Assembly: GCA_002269645.1 (NCBI GenBank) | Contig: NIVC01004859.1 | Location: forward strand, 1 to 33,064 | Direction: 5' to 3' | Length of the DNA stretch: 33,064 nucleotides | Source: Macrostomum lignano | Lineage: Eukaryota | Part shown: piece by piece, positions 1 to 11,737 of the stretch | Layout: every line of letters begins with the position of its first letter | Numbering within the stretch: the first letter of the stretch is position 1 | Notes under the pieces: model-generated | Told to the model about the DNA's origin: nothing | The model's database searches: none | The model's input: the letters and a program-made list of their open reading frames with translations, nothing else | Made by a program: the position numbers and the translations under genes

Positions 1-446
<446 letters not shown>

Positions 447-455
447 GCAGCTCAC

Positions 456-3400
456 CAGCGGACAGGCCCAGCAGGGGAAGCTGGTCAGGCGGTTGCCGCT
501 GGCAAAGAGGCGGACCAGCCGGCCGCAGACGTGGCTCAGCTGTGCCGGCAGGCTGGCGATGCCGTTGTTGGCCAGATTGAGGATCTCCAGCTGCCGGCAG
601 CTCCAGGGCGCGGCGTTCCAAGCCGTCTGGCCCAGCTGGTTCTGCGCCACATTCAGCTCCCGCAGGACTCGATGGCGAACACGTGATGCGGCAGCTCGGT
701 GAGGCAGTTGTGAGACAAGTCCAGCTTGTAGAGCGACCTGGGCAGGTGAGCGAAGCGGAGATTGGAGGACATTGGTGCAGTGTGGGGGAGATGAGGGAGA
801 TGAGGAAGAGCAGGCAGCTGGGCTCACTTGGACGGCGAGGCGCCCCTGGTCGCCTCCTCGAGGCGGGCGATTCGGTTGCGCGAGACGTCCAGCGCCCTGA
901 GGCGCGGCAGGCCGTGCAGGAGGGCGGCGGGCAGGCAGGTGAGGCCGCAGTCCACCAGCGTCAGCTCGCTGATGGCCTCTGGGTTGGGCAGGTGGGCGGG
1001 GCTCAGCCAGGCCAGCTTGACGCCACAGAGGCGGGCGACGTCGCTGGGCAGGGCGGCCTCGCCGGCGCCGGTTTCCCGCCGCGCTGTGTGGCGCTGCATA
1101 AGCCGCGCCAGGGCGTTGCGCAGCGTCCGATCGCGCGACTCGGCATGGGCGGCCTCGCGCGGGTCGCAGGCGGCGCCGCCGGCCAGAAGTGTCGCCAGCA
1201 GTTCGCCGTTTCCGGCGCGCAGAGCCGCCGTTGTCGGACCGGAAGTTTCGGCGGAGGCGCCGAGGTCCAGCAGCGTCTTGGCGATCGCCAGGCCGCTGCC
1301 ACCGCTGCCGTTCTCGGCGGAGTTGACGGCGGCCTCCAGCAGGAGGTTCAGCGCAGACAATGGGGGAGCTGCGCAGGACTGGCGAGCGGCCAGCAGCAGG
1401 TTGAACACGGGCGCGCTGCCAGCTGAGCAGCACTCGAACCAGGGACTGCAGCGGCAGTCGGCCTGGGTTGACGGCATCTCCGGGAGGTGGACCCCGGCCT
1501 TCAGTAGGAGGTCCACGGCTTCCACGTGACCGTGCCTTCGGGAGGTTCATGGGCAAATATCAACAGTCCAGGCGTGAAAATCCACAGTCCAGCTGTGAAT
1601 ATCCGCAGTCCAGATGTAAATATCCACAGCCCAGATGTAAATATCCACAGCCCAGGTGTAAATATCCACAGCCCAGGTGTAAATATCCACAGTCCAGCTG
1701 TGAATATCCGCAGTCCAGATGTGAATATCCACAGTCCAGGTGTAAATATCCACAGTCCAGGTGTGAATATCCACTAGCCCAGCACTAGCCCATCTGAGCA
1801 CTAGCCTACCTGAGCACTAGCGCACCTGAGCACTAGCCCACCTGAGTACTAGCCTACCTGAGCACTAGCCCACCTGAGCACTAGCCCACCTGAGCACTAG
1901 CCCATCTGAGCACTAGCCTACCTGAGCACTAGCGCACCTGAGCACTAGCCCACCTGAGCACTAGCCAACCTGAGCACTAGCCCACCTGAGCACTAGCCCA
2001 CCTAAACAATAGCCTACCAGAGCACTAGCCCACCTTAATAATGACGTCGCAGCCCCAGTGCGCAGTCTTAGCACACATTCTGCCTAGAAAGTGGAAGGTC
2101 AGCCCATGAAAAAGCTACGGACCGAAGATAAGAAGCGAGTAACGTCTAAAAGAAAAATCGCAAAACAAAAAGCTGAAATTGCTATTTTAATGTACGTCGG
2201 TAAACTTGGAGAATAGCAGCCACAGTCACAGCTATTAAACAGGTTTCAGATTTAGAGTAGTTTTTGCATGGCGCTACATGTAAAATAGTAACATTTACCG
2301 CGAAGAGAGAGAATTTTTTGTGCTCCACAACTAACTAGACTGAAGATAGCATGAGCACACAGATTCAGCAGCTGAGCACACAGATCCTGCAGCTGAGCAG
2401 TGAGCACGCAGATCCAGCAGCTGAGCACGCAGATACTGCAGCTGAGCACAGATCTAGCAGCTGAGCACACAGATCCTGCAGCTGAGCAGTGAGCACGCAG
2501 ATCCAGCAGCTGAGCACGCAGATACTGCAGCTGAGCACACAGATTCAGCAGCTGAGCACACAGATCCTGCAGCTGAGCAGTGAGCACGCAGATCCAGCAG
2601 CTGAGCACACAGATTCAGCAGCTGAGCACACAGATTCAGCAGCTGAGCACACAGATCCTGCAGCTGAGCAGTGAGCACGCAGATCCAGCAGCTGAGCACA
2701 CAGATTCAGCAGCTGAGCACACAGATTCAGCAGCTGAGCACACAGATCCTGCAGCTGAGCAGTGAGCACGCAGATCCAGCAGCTGAGCACACAAATCCAG
2801 CAGCTGAGCACCCAGATCTAGCAGCTGAGCACGCAGATCCAGCAGCTGAGCAGGCAGATCCAGCAGCTGAGCACAGATCCAGCAGCTGAGCACACAGATC
2901 CAGCAGCTGAGCACACAGATCCAGCAGCTGAGCACACAGATCCAGCAGCTGAGCACACAGATCCAGCAGCTGAGCACACAGATCCAGCAGCTGAGCACAC
3001 AGATCCAGCAGCTGAGCACACAGATCCAGCAGCTGAGCACGCAGATCCAGCAGCTGAGCACGCAGATCCAGCAGCTGAGCACACAGATCTAGCATCTGAG
3101 CACACAGATCTAGCATCTGAGCACACAGATCCAGCAGCTGAGCACACAGATCCAGCAGCTGAGCACGCAGATCCAGCAGCTGAGCACGCAGATCCAGCAG
3201 CTGAGCACACAGATCCAGCAGCTGAGCACGCAGATCCAGCAGCTGAGCACGCAGATCCAGCAGCTGAGCACACAGATCTAGCATCTGAGCACGCAGATCC
3301 AGCAGCTGAGCACACAGATCCAGCAGCTGAGCACACAGATCTAGCATCTGAGCACACAGATCCAGCAGCTGAGCACACAGATCCAGCAGCTGAGCACACA

Positions 3401-3877
3401 GATCCAGCAGCTGAGCACACAGATCCAGCAGCTGAGCACGCAGATCCAGCAGCTGAGCACACAGATCCAGCAGCTGAGCACACAGATCCAGCAGCTGAGC
3501 ACACAGATCCAGCAGCTGAGCACGCAGATCCAGCTTACCTAGCGGCAATGCACAGCGGGCTGCCCTCCTCTGTCTCCAGCTCCAGATCGACGCCGCGCAT
3601 GCCAACCAGCTCGGTGAGGTGGCCGATGTCACCCCGGCGGCACCAGAAGTGCACCAGCCTGTTTGCATTGATGCTGCCGGCCATGGCGCTCTGGGTGTCC
3701 CGGCCGCCGGCCAGTCGCAGGGACTCTGTGTAAAACTGCTCTCGGGAGATTCTCCGTGCGGGGTGCTCGGGCCTGAAGTAGGCCAACACGAGATCCTGCA
3801 GCCGGCTCAGGTCTGGGTAAAAATTGCAACAAGATAGAATGGTTTGGTTAGAACTGCTCTGCAAATCTACATGGCAT
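456..3877 (-). CDS. Ankyrin-repeat plus leucine-rich-repeat protein (LRRK/Roco-like architecture), 5' exons only; the gene continues past the window start
   Basis: Phase-compatible exons are 3871-3877 (tentative, ATG CCA T), 3539-3812, 828-1535 and 456-737. The splice at 3539/1535 rebuilds an ankyrin motif (SPLCIAAR|[14 protein letters not shown]). LRRs include [37 protein letters not shown] and [15 protein letters not shown]. One missing base near 665 (GG for GGG on +) shifts the frame. No ROC/COR or kinase domain is visible in the window, so LRRK identity is inferred. Confidence 0.8.
1560..1775. repeat. 21-bp minisatellite (AAATATCCACAGTCCAGGTGT-like), intronic
   Basis: About 10 tandem units with variants, seen directly. 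Confidence 0.95.
1774..2035. repeat. 16-bp minisatellite (AGCACTAGCCCACCTG), intronic
   Basis: About 16 tandem units directly abutting the 21-bp array. Confidence 0.95.
2353..3533. repeat. 21-bp minisatellite (GAGCACACAGATCCAGCAGCT) with a ~91-bp higher-order block in the left part
   Basis: Tandem units seen directly. A 7-bp insert (GAGCAGT) recurs, and the ORF track repeats at 91-bp offsets (2489, 2580, 2671). The array ends at the donor at 3534-3538. Confidence 0.97.
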
Positions 3878-3924
3878 GGATCAGTTAACACGGAGACGGC
3901 AAGAGGCCAGGAGGGGCTGCGGGG

Positions 3925-4050
3925 AGGGTTATAATAGCGGCACGGCGCCCCAGTGTTCAGTTCTTATCAGCACGAAGGGCAGAGAGAGAGAGAGAGCGGG
4001 GGGGGGCGGAAGTGCAGTGGGCGAGGGGGCCGCGCGCTCACCAATTGGTC
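3925..4050 (-). promoter_or_regulatory. Putative core promoter of the ankyrin-LRR gene
   Basis: TATA-like CTATTATAA (minus strand, 3929-3937), palindromic CCAATTGG at 4041-4048, and a GC-rich segment, all upstream of the putative ATG at 3877. Confidence 0.4.
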
Positions 4051-6053
4051 GACCAGTCATTTTGATTCGCTCCTTCCCTGATAGCCTCGGCAGGTGCCGG
4101 GCGGGCTCAGAAATTTGCAGATAATTGCCGAGTAGGAGTGCAGACCCCGCACATCACTGGCCATCTATAATTATGATTATAAATTGAATAGTATTCAGTA
4201 GTAGACAACTAGCACAAGTCTAACAAATTTGCCTCTACATGTGATGAGTTGCTTTACTTAGATAAGAATATCAAAAGCAGTGGAGGGAAGTCAGGTGAAT
4301 ACTTACTAAAAGGCTTAAAGTCCTATTCACATATTTTTCTTCAATATAAATTTGTCCACTTTTGAGATAGACAAGGCCAATGAATTGAACTTATATAAGC
4401 TAGCTCATATATTGACTCCTTAATACTAATTAATATTTTAGCCGATTGATTAGCATGAAATGTATTTCCCAAGATTGTACAAAGACTAAAGTTTATTATT
4501 GTAGACAGAGAATTATAATATGGTTCATACACTGTATTGTAAAACCTAAATAGTATATAAAAATTAAGGCCACAATGAAAGTATACAAAATGAGCTTAAC
4601 TTTATCATCAATCAAAGCAAAAAGCATGCATCCATTCGAAAACTGCTGCAAGTCTGCTTTGTTAATATTGCATTTAAAAAATAATTTATAATTATACAAG
4701 TAGCAATAATTTTGATTTTAACTAATTCTATCTCAATTAACTTTGGAAATTTTTTAGAATAACATTTAAAACTAATAGTTTTAATTGATTTGCAGTTTAT
4801 ATGCATAGCAGAACTAATAGGAACAGTTTTTTTATACATTCCTAAAAATAAAAATTCTAAATTTTGTTATCTGTCAATTTCTTTAAGAATGCTAGAATGG
4901 CTAAGTCCCAAAAATTTTACGATTAACATCAATTGTCATTCATTTAAACCGAAAAAATAGGAGTTTATTATTCAGCAATCTAAAAACTAGAGCGCACGAT
5001 ATTCAATTCATAGAGTCAGACAAATTTCTCCAAAAAATATTGCCTCTAACCGAACCACAATGTAAAACATTCAGATTTCTAGTAAAATTCTGTGAATGAA
5101 ATACTTTTAAAATAATACGCATTTTATAACAAAAACGTATATTAAGTCGTCGTAATTTAAAAAATAGGTTTACATTTTTATTGTTTTGTAATTAAATTAC
5201 TTTATTTAAGTAATTTTAAAAGCTAAGAGCAAACAAAGCTATTTTTACACCAAGCAAGACAGGCGTATGCAAAAACGATTTCTCCATACGCCTCAGGACT
5301 ACACTAGACACAAACTCACTGACCTAGTGAATAGACTACACTAAGAAGATAGAAGCTTATTGGCCTCCATTTTTTTCGTTTTACGCCCCTTAGTATTTAA
5401 TAGTCCCCTAGCATGACACGCCTACGAGTTTACGAAGAATGAATGCTTGTTTTTGGTATACGGATGCCATGAGTTCATGACACTTTAACACACACTTTGA
5501 CACAATATCCTTTCGGAAGACAAGAGTTTGTTCTAAAATTCCAAATCGGCACTCTTTTTCAATGTGGGATGCCAGTGAAATATGTGAAAATAATGTAATA
5601 GTTATTAAAAATATAAGCTTTCTGTAAAAGTCATCCAACACGTCCCTGGGTTCCTCCTCCATGACTCATCGAATGCCACTCTCGTTCCTTCTCTATGACT
5701 CATCGACCGCCACTTTCCGTTCCTCCACCCCCCTCATCGACCGCCACTCTCCTTGCCTTCATGCGACTGTCTCTGAGCAGTCTGATGAGAAACTAACAAA
5801 AGATAGTGTATGGTAGCAATACCCCCCCTTATCTAGGACAGACCAATCCCAATGAATGCAAATAATAATGCGGAGGCATTTTGTGAAAAGCATATTTTGT
5901 GTGCTAATGCATGCAGGTGAATATTGGGAGACTTTAATTCAAGCAAAACGATGTTACACAAAAGATCAGTCATAAATATATTGTCTGCTTGGACATCTAA
6001 TTAGAGGTCGACTTGCGACCTCAGCAATTTTGATCCAACGTTGAAAAACTTCA

Positions 6054-7086
6054 TCAGGAAGTGACGGCCTCGCTCCACTCCCACAGCAGGTCCTCGTTGG
6101 CAAGAAGCGACGTTTCCGCTGATGTCGGCTTCGACCTGCCGTCATAAAAGTACAGACCGCTTTTGTCTTCATAGGGCGGCACGCCCGCGGCAATGTTAAA
6201 CATGTGACCGGCGGCCTCCTGCGGAGTGCGGGTGATCCGGCAGCAGCAGCAGAAACCGCTGAAGCAGCAGATAAAGAAGCAGCGCATGCAGCCACGAAAA
6301 AATCCGGTTGTTGGGATGAAGCCAGGATGCAGCGCGTTCACGTACACGCCGGTGCCCTCCAGCATCCTGGCCAGCTTGCGGCAGTGCAGGATGTTCATCG
6401 CCTTCGAGTTCTTGTAAGCCTGGCTGCCGCTGTAAGCCCCCGGTTTCTCCATAAACAGGTCATCAAAGTCCAGCGGCTTGACCCTAAACGTGTAAGTGTG
6501 ATAATCCGAGCTCACGATGAGGACCCGGGCGGCTCCGTGGCGGCTCGCAGTGTCCTTCAGAGTCTGGAGCAGCATCTTGGTGAGCAGGAAGTGGCCCAGA
6601 TGGTTTGTCGCGATCGTCATCTCGTGGCCTTTGGAGTTCAGATTTCGCTGCTGCCTTGAGAACTCCTCAGCGTAGCCGGCGTTGTTGATGAGCACGTCCA
6701 GTCGGGAGAACTTGGCGAGGAATTCGCTGACGAACTTCCTCACCGAGTCGTAGTCGCTCAGGTCGAGCTGAAAGTCAAAGAAGTCGAGAGAAAGTCCCGA
6801 TTAGTTGAGAAGCTGCTCACACTGCTCATCTATCGGTACGCGCAGCAGCTCACTGACACGGAAAGCGCGGTGCTTGAGTACTCACCTGCATCGGCACGAA
6901 GGAGCCGCTGCTCTTCAGTGAAGTGGTTTCGTTCTGCATAGCCGCGACCGCCTGGTTGGCCCGGTCCAGACTCCGGCACGCCATCACAACGATGAAGCCG
7001 CTGGAGGCGAGCAGCTTGGTGACCTCCAGACCGATGCCAGAGTTCGCGCCCGTGACAATCGCCACTTTGCTTTCGTTCGTAGCCAT
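6054..7086 (-). CDS. Classical short-chain dehydrogenase/reductase (RDH12/13/WWOX-like clade), copy 1, about 304 aa
   Basis: Exons 6886-7086 and 6054-6767 with a phase-0 GT-AG intron. Motifs are TGANSGIG (TGxxxGxG), NNAG, TNHLGHFLLT, catalytic YKNSK (YxxxK) and HPG. Confidence 0.93.
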
Positions 7087-7859
7087 GCGCTTTTGGCATG
7101 AATGAGACGGAATTGTGCAGACAGAGGTGCCGCTCAAGCCATTTCTGATGCAAACTGAATCGTAAAAGTATATAGAAACCACAAATCAACAAGGAGAAAC
7201 AATATTTGAAGTCAGTTCTGCATCTCAATCATTTATGAGTTCAATTTCGTAATTTATTTTTTCCTGGATTTATGAAAAAGCATCGCAAAGCAAGCAGTAC
7301 TGTGTGCTCTCATAGATAAGTACAGCGCGTTCTGCATGCAGCGAGCTCGGCCGCTGTTGATAGTCGAATAGCCGAAGATTACCGGTACAGCTTGAAAATT
7401 AAGGTTTGCTTAAGGAGAGCATTCACTGTAGATAAGGTCGGCCAGAAGCGGCCTCCGCGGTGTGTTTACAAAGTGCTTTAATAGCAGGCTGACATGCTTA
7501 AAGCAGACCCCGGTCGCTTTACCGAGCCCAAAACTTCACGTCGTTGAAAACTCCTGCCGTTCACTCTCAACCTATTCGACAAATCGACTATGAATTTTCG
7601 AGCCTGTGAAGTTACCAAAAACATGACTTTCATTAGCACATGAAACAATAGGGTTAGATATAAAAAATGATCGAAAAGAATATAAAAATGCTTAAAAAAT
7701 CACTAATGCCAGCTAATTCGCATGGTTTTATAAAAATATTCACATTGAATGGTCAATCTATGACTGCATAGTTGTTGGATACAAGAGAAATGATTGGCAA
7801 GCCACAAAATGGCACCTTATTGCTTGTAAAAAAGACAATTTCTAAGAACACATCCCGCC

Positions 7860-8899
7860 CTAATCGGTGACCGCCTCGCTCCATTCCCAAATCCGGTCCT
7901 CGTTGGCCGGCAGCGACGCCTCCTCAGATACGTCGCGAGCCCTGCCGTCATAAAAGTACAGACCGCTCTTGTCATTGTAAGGCGGCACACCTGCGGCGAT
8001 GTTGAACATGTGCTCGGCGGCCTCCTGCGGAGTGCGGGTAATCCGGCAGCAGCAGCAGAAACCGCTGAAGCAGCAGACGCAGAAGCACTGGGTGCACTTG
8101 CTGTAATCTCGCATGATGTTGGTAGTGGGGATGAAGCCAGGATGCAGCGCATTTACGTACACGCCGGTGCCCTCCAGAATCCTGGCCAGCTTGCGGCAGT
8201 GCAGGATGTTCATCGTCTTGGAGCTCTTGTATGCCTGGGCGCCGCTGAACGAGCCCGGCCTCTCCATAAACAGGTCGTCAAAGTCCAGACCGTGGAAGCC
8301 AACCTGCACTTTGTGCATGTCCGAGCTCACGATGAGGATCCGAGCAGCTCCGTGGCGGCTCGCTGTGTCCTTCAGAGTCTGGAGCAGCAGCTTGGTGAGC
8401 AGGAAGTGGCCCAAGTGGTTTGTCGCAATCGTCATCTCGTGGCCTTTGGAGTTCAGGCGACGATTCTTAATGGTGACGTCTTCCGTGTAGCCGGCGTTGT
8501 TGATGAGCACGTCCAGTCGGGAGAACTTGGCGAGGAATTCGCTGACGAACTTCCTCACCGAGTCGTAGTCGCTCAGGTCGAGCTGAAAGTCAGAAGTCGA
8601 GAGAAAGTCACGAGGAGTTGAGAAGCTGCTCACACTGCTCATCTATTGGTACGCGCAGCAGCTCACTGACACGGAAAGCGCGGTGCTTGAGCACTCACCC
8701 GAATCGGCACGAAGGAGCCACTGCTCTTCAGCGAAGTGGTTTCGTTTTGCATGGCTGAGACCGCTTGATTGGCCCGGTCCAGACTCCGGCACGCCATCAC
8801 AACAATGAAGCCGCTGGAGGCGAGCAGCTTGGAGACCTCCAGCCCGATACCGGAGTTCGCGCCCGTGACAATCGCCACCTCATTCTCGTGGCTTGGCAT
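7860..8899 (-). CDS. Classical SDR (RDH12/13/WWOX-like clade), copy 2, about 307 aa
   Basis: Exons 8699-8899 and 7860-8582, with the same intron position as copy 1. Motifs are TGANSGIG, NNAG, YKSSK and HPG. Confidence 0.93.
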
Positions 8900-9977
8900 A
8901 ATTTTTACTGATTTTGGTGCACTACTCGAAAGTACATGAAAATGTAGAATAACATTGATTGTCAATTTTTCTTTTTTTGCATTAAAATGAATTCCTACTC
9001 TTTCTAACTTCTCTTTATAACCTATGGAATGATGGGGCAATATGGTTGGATGAAAATTGAAAATAAATCATCAATGAAAATTTATTGATTTTATAACAAT
9101 AAGCATTAGTTTATTAGATCATAAAATCCATAAAAATGTTGAAATTCTGCAATATTTAAAGCAAACTAGAAAAACAATAAAAGCATGTGTAGTATATACT
9201 TCTGTATTATAAACTATGTCTATTTATTGTATTAACTAAAGGACATAAAAAATTGGAATTAAAAAACTTTAGAAATGTTTTAGAAAAGGAATAATCAATT
9301 TGCTAGTATTGTGATATGAACTAATACTAAATATATTTTAGCAAAAAACTGCAATAGCTTATAAAAATAGCTAGTTTTATATTTAAAACATTATATAAGA
9401 GACATTACTGACTAGGAAGTGAACTTGGTAAATCAAAATTTATAGTGAAATCAAAAATATTTTTTTAAAAACTGCAAAAATAATGCAAATTTGTAATAAA
9501 AAGCCAATAGTAGTAACCATTAATTTCTGAATCATCGATGATGACAATAACACCACAATTTAATATTTATTAGTAGACATGGTGTGAATTTTTTTTGTTT
9601 TTTTGATAGTTAAATAAGTAGTTTGCATCCAAAAATATGATTCTTTCTCATCAATTAGCCTCTATATAATTCTCTGACAGAGTGGCATTAGTCCAGAAAA
9701 TCTAATTCAGACTTTCAGAAATTCAAAAAATCAACTAAATTCCAACGACAGGTCTGTATGCTCGTTTAATCGTTTTAGCCGAAAAATTCCTTGAAATTTA
9801 TTTATTTAAAATTTGGCAAGAGTAAGTAGATAAACAATACTTCCCCTTGAAGTGTATGATGTTTTGTAATCTTGCGAATGAAACTTTCTTTATTTTTGGC
9901 TGATTCAAAATTTAACGAATACGGATTTAAGTAGTTACAAAAACAGGTAATCTGAAGAGAAAACACAAATTTTCAAA

Positions 9978-10831
9978 GGGTGCGTTCGAGTGACTTAAAA
10001 TGACTTAAACTGCCATTTTAACGTCCTTAGTAAAACAAATGTTAAGCAGACTAAATGTAAAAATAATCTAGGTAAATGATAGTCAAATTACAATTAAGAA
10101 TTAATTCAATTTCTAAAACCGGTCTAAGATTAAAAAACGTCACCTATACTTCTTCCAACTCAACCTGAACGCCTAGGCACCGTTTTAACTTCGCTCGCAA
10201 TTACCACATTTAATCGTAATTGAATATTTTGTATTCTTCACCTTTGTTCTATCATTTGCTTTCACGTCCTTTTGCTCAGTTCGCTGCCCGTCATTATAGT
10301 CTTTGAATAATTGCTTAGTACTAATATTGTTTATTTATTAATTTTTATTACATAGTAGTTTATTTGGACTTGGAATATAGTCACTATTATTGTTGCTACT
10401 GTTATTATTTTTCTATTGGAGTTTTGTACTTTTTCAGCTTGGTTCTTATTCTTCAATATAGTATCTGAGTGAACTTCATGTTATAGTTTACTAAGCAATT
10501 ATTCAAAGACTATTTTGACGGGCAGCGAAGTGAGCAAAAAGACGTGAAAGCAAATGATAGAACAAAGGTGAAGAATACAAAATATTCAATTACGATTAAA
10601 TGTGGTAATTGCGAGCGAAGTTAAAACGGTGCCTAGGCGTTCAGGTTGAGTTGGAAGAAGTATAGGTGACGTTTTTTAATCTTAGACCGGTTTTAGAAAT
10701 TGAATTAATTCTTAATTGTTATTTGACTATCATTTACCTAGATTATTTTTACATTTAGTCTGCTTAACATTTGTTTTACTAAGGACGTTAAAATGGCAGT
10801 TTAAGTCATTTTAAGTCACTCGAACGCACCC
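9978..10831. mobile_element. Non-autonomous foldback/MITE-like DNA transposon with 343-bp inverted arms (PIF/Harbinger-like ends)
   Basis: 9978-10320 is the reverse complement of 10489-10831 with about 5 mismatches by eye, around a 168-bp AT-rich spacer. The ends are GGGTGCGTTCGAG...CTCGAACGCACCC, flanked by AAA on both sides (9975-9977, 10832-10834). There is no transposase ORF. Confidence 0.88.
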
Positions 10832-11737
10832 AAAGTTAAAGTAGCCTTTTCGCGAGAATTGGTTTCAAAATCAGAATCATTCCGATTCTAGAATCAAAAT
10901 CGTTGGGAGAATTAAAAGAATTGAATTTAATTTAAAAAATTAAACCATGAAAATGAAGCGAGAGTGAACCAGTTCGGTTTTAGGAACCAGAAATATGAAA
11001 TGGCCAGTAGTGTGTGCAAGTCCATGGTAGTAAAATGATGGCTCTAAGCAAAGAAGAAATCCCGTAAGATGCTCACATTACAACACAAAGAATGCCCTAA
11101 AGGGTTGAAGGAGGGAAACCTTGATTTAATTAATATTATCAGATATATATTAACATATGAGTCAGAGTAAGAGAGACGACAAAAGCTGCAGGTTTCATAA
11201 TTTTTTATTAATTTTGGTTGCAAAGTTTGCACTGGAAGCAGTGTTGCGCGACTTGCGCGACTTTTTAAATTTTCATTTCTCCATTTCAATACGCAAAAAT
11301 AATTGCTTACAATATTCGCCGCGCGAATTACAGGTGCAGCGATTCGATTACTGCGCTGGGTCTGAAGATTGCGTTAAAATTTGGCGAAAAAATAAATGCA
11401 TTAAAAATTTTGCGGATTTTGTACCAGTGCCCACCGTCCCTATGGTTAGATGACCTTGTTTGATCAGCAAGGCATCCAATGATTATAGCGGACAACATTT
11501 AAGCTCTGTGTACGAATTAAGTGTAAAGAAAAGCAAGTAGTTTTAGCATTGACGGATGATCGTTCAAGTACATGTAAATCGGCTACAAAGTGAAATATTT
11601 ATCCTTCTGCAAGCGTACATGCACAGCTTTGTAAAGCTTTCAACAGACCAGCCTGGAAACCAAATTACTATTAAACGCTATAATAATCTTAAATTATCTA
11701 GACTTAGCGTCATGGGATCCCCAGGCGGGTGGTCGAG

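Noticed and set aside
683-1529. Plus-strand ORFs overlapping the LRR gene, and likewise those over the SDR and SLC10 exons
   Set aside because: They are antisense shadows caused by high GC3 in the true minus-strand frames, with no recognisable motifs.
2252-3668. Long ORFs resembling coiled-coil heptads (LLDLCAQ, STQIQQL)
   Set aside because: They are translations of a 21-bp satellite inside a well-supported intron, open in several frames on both strands.
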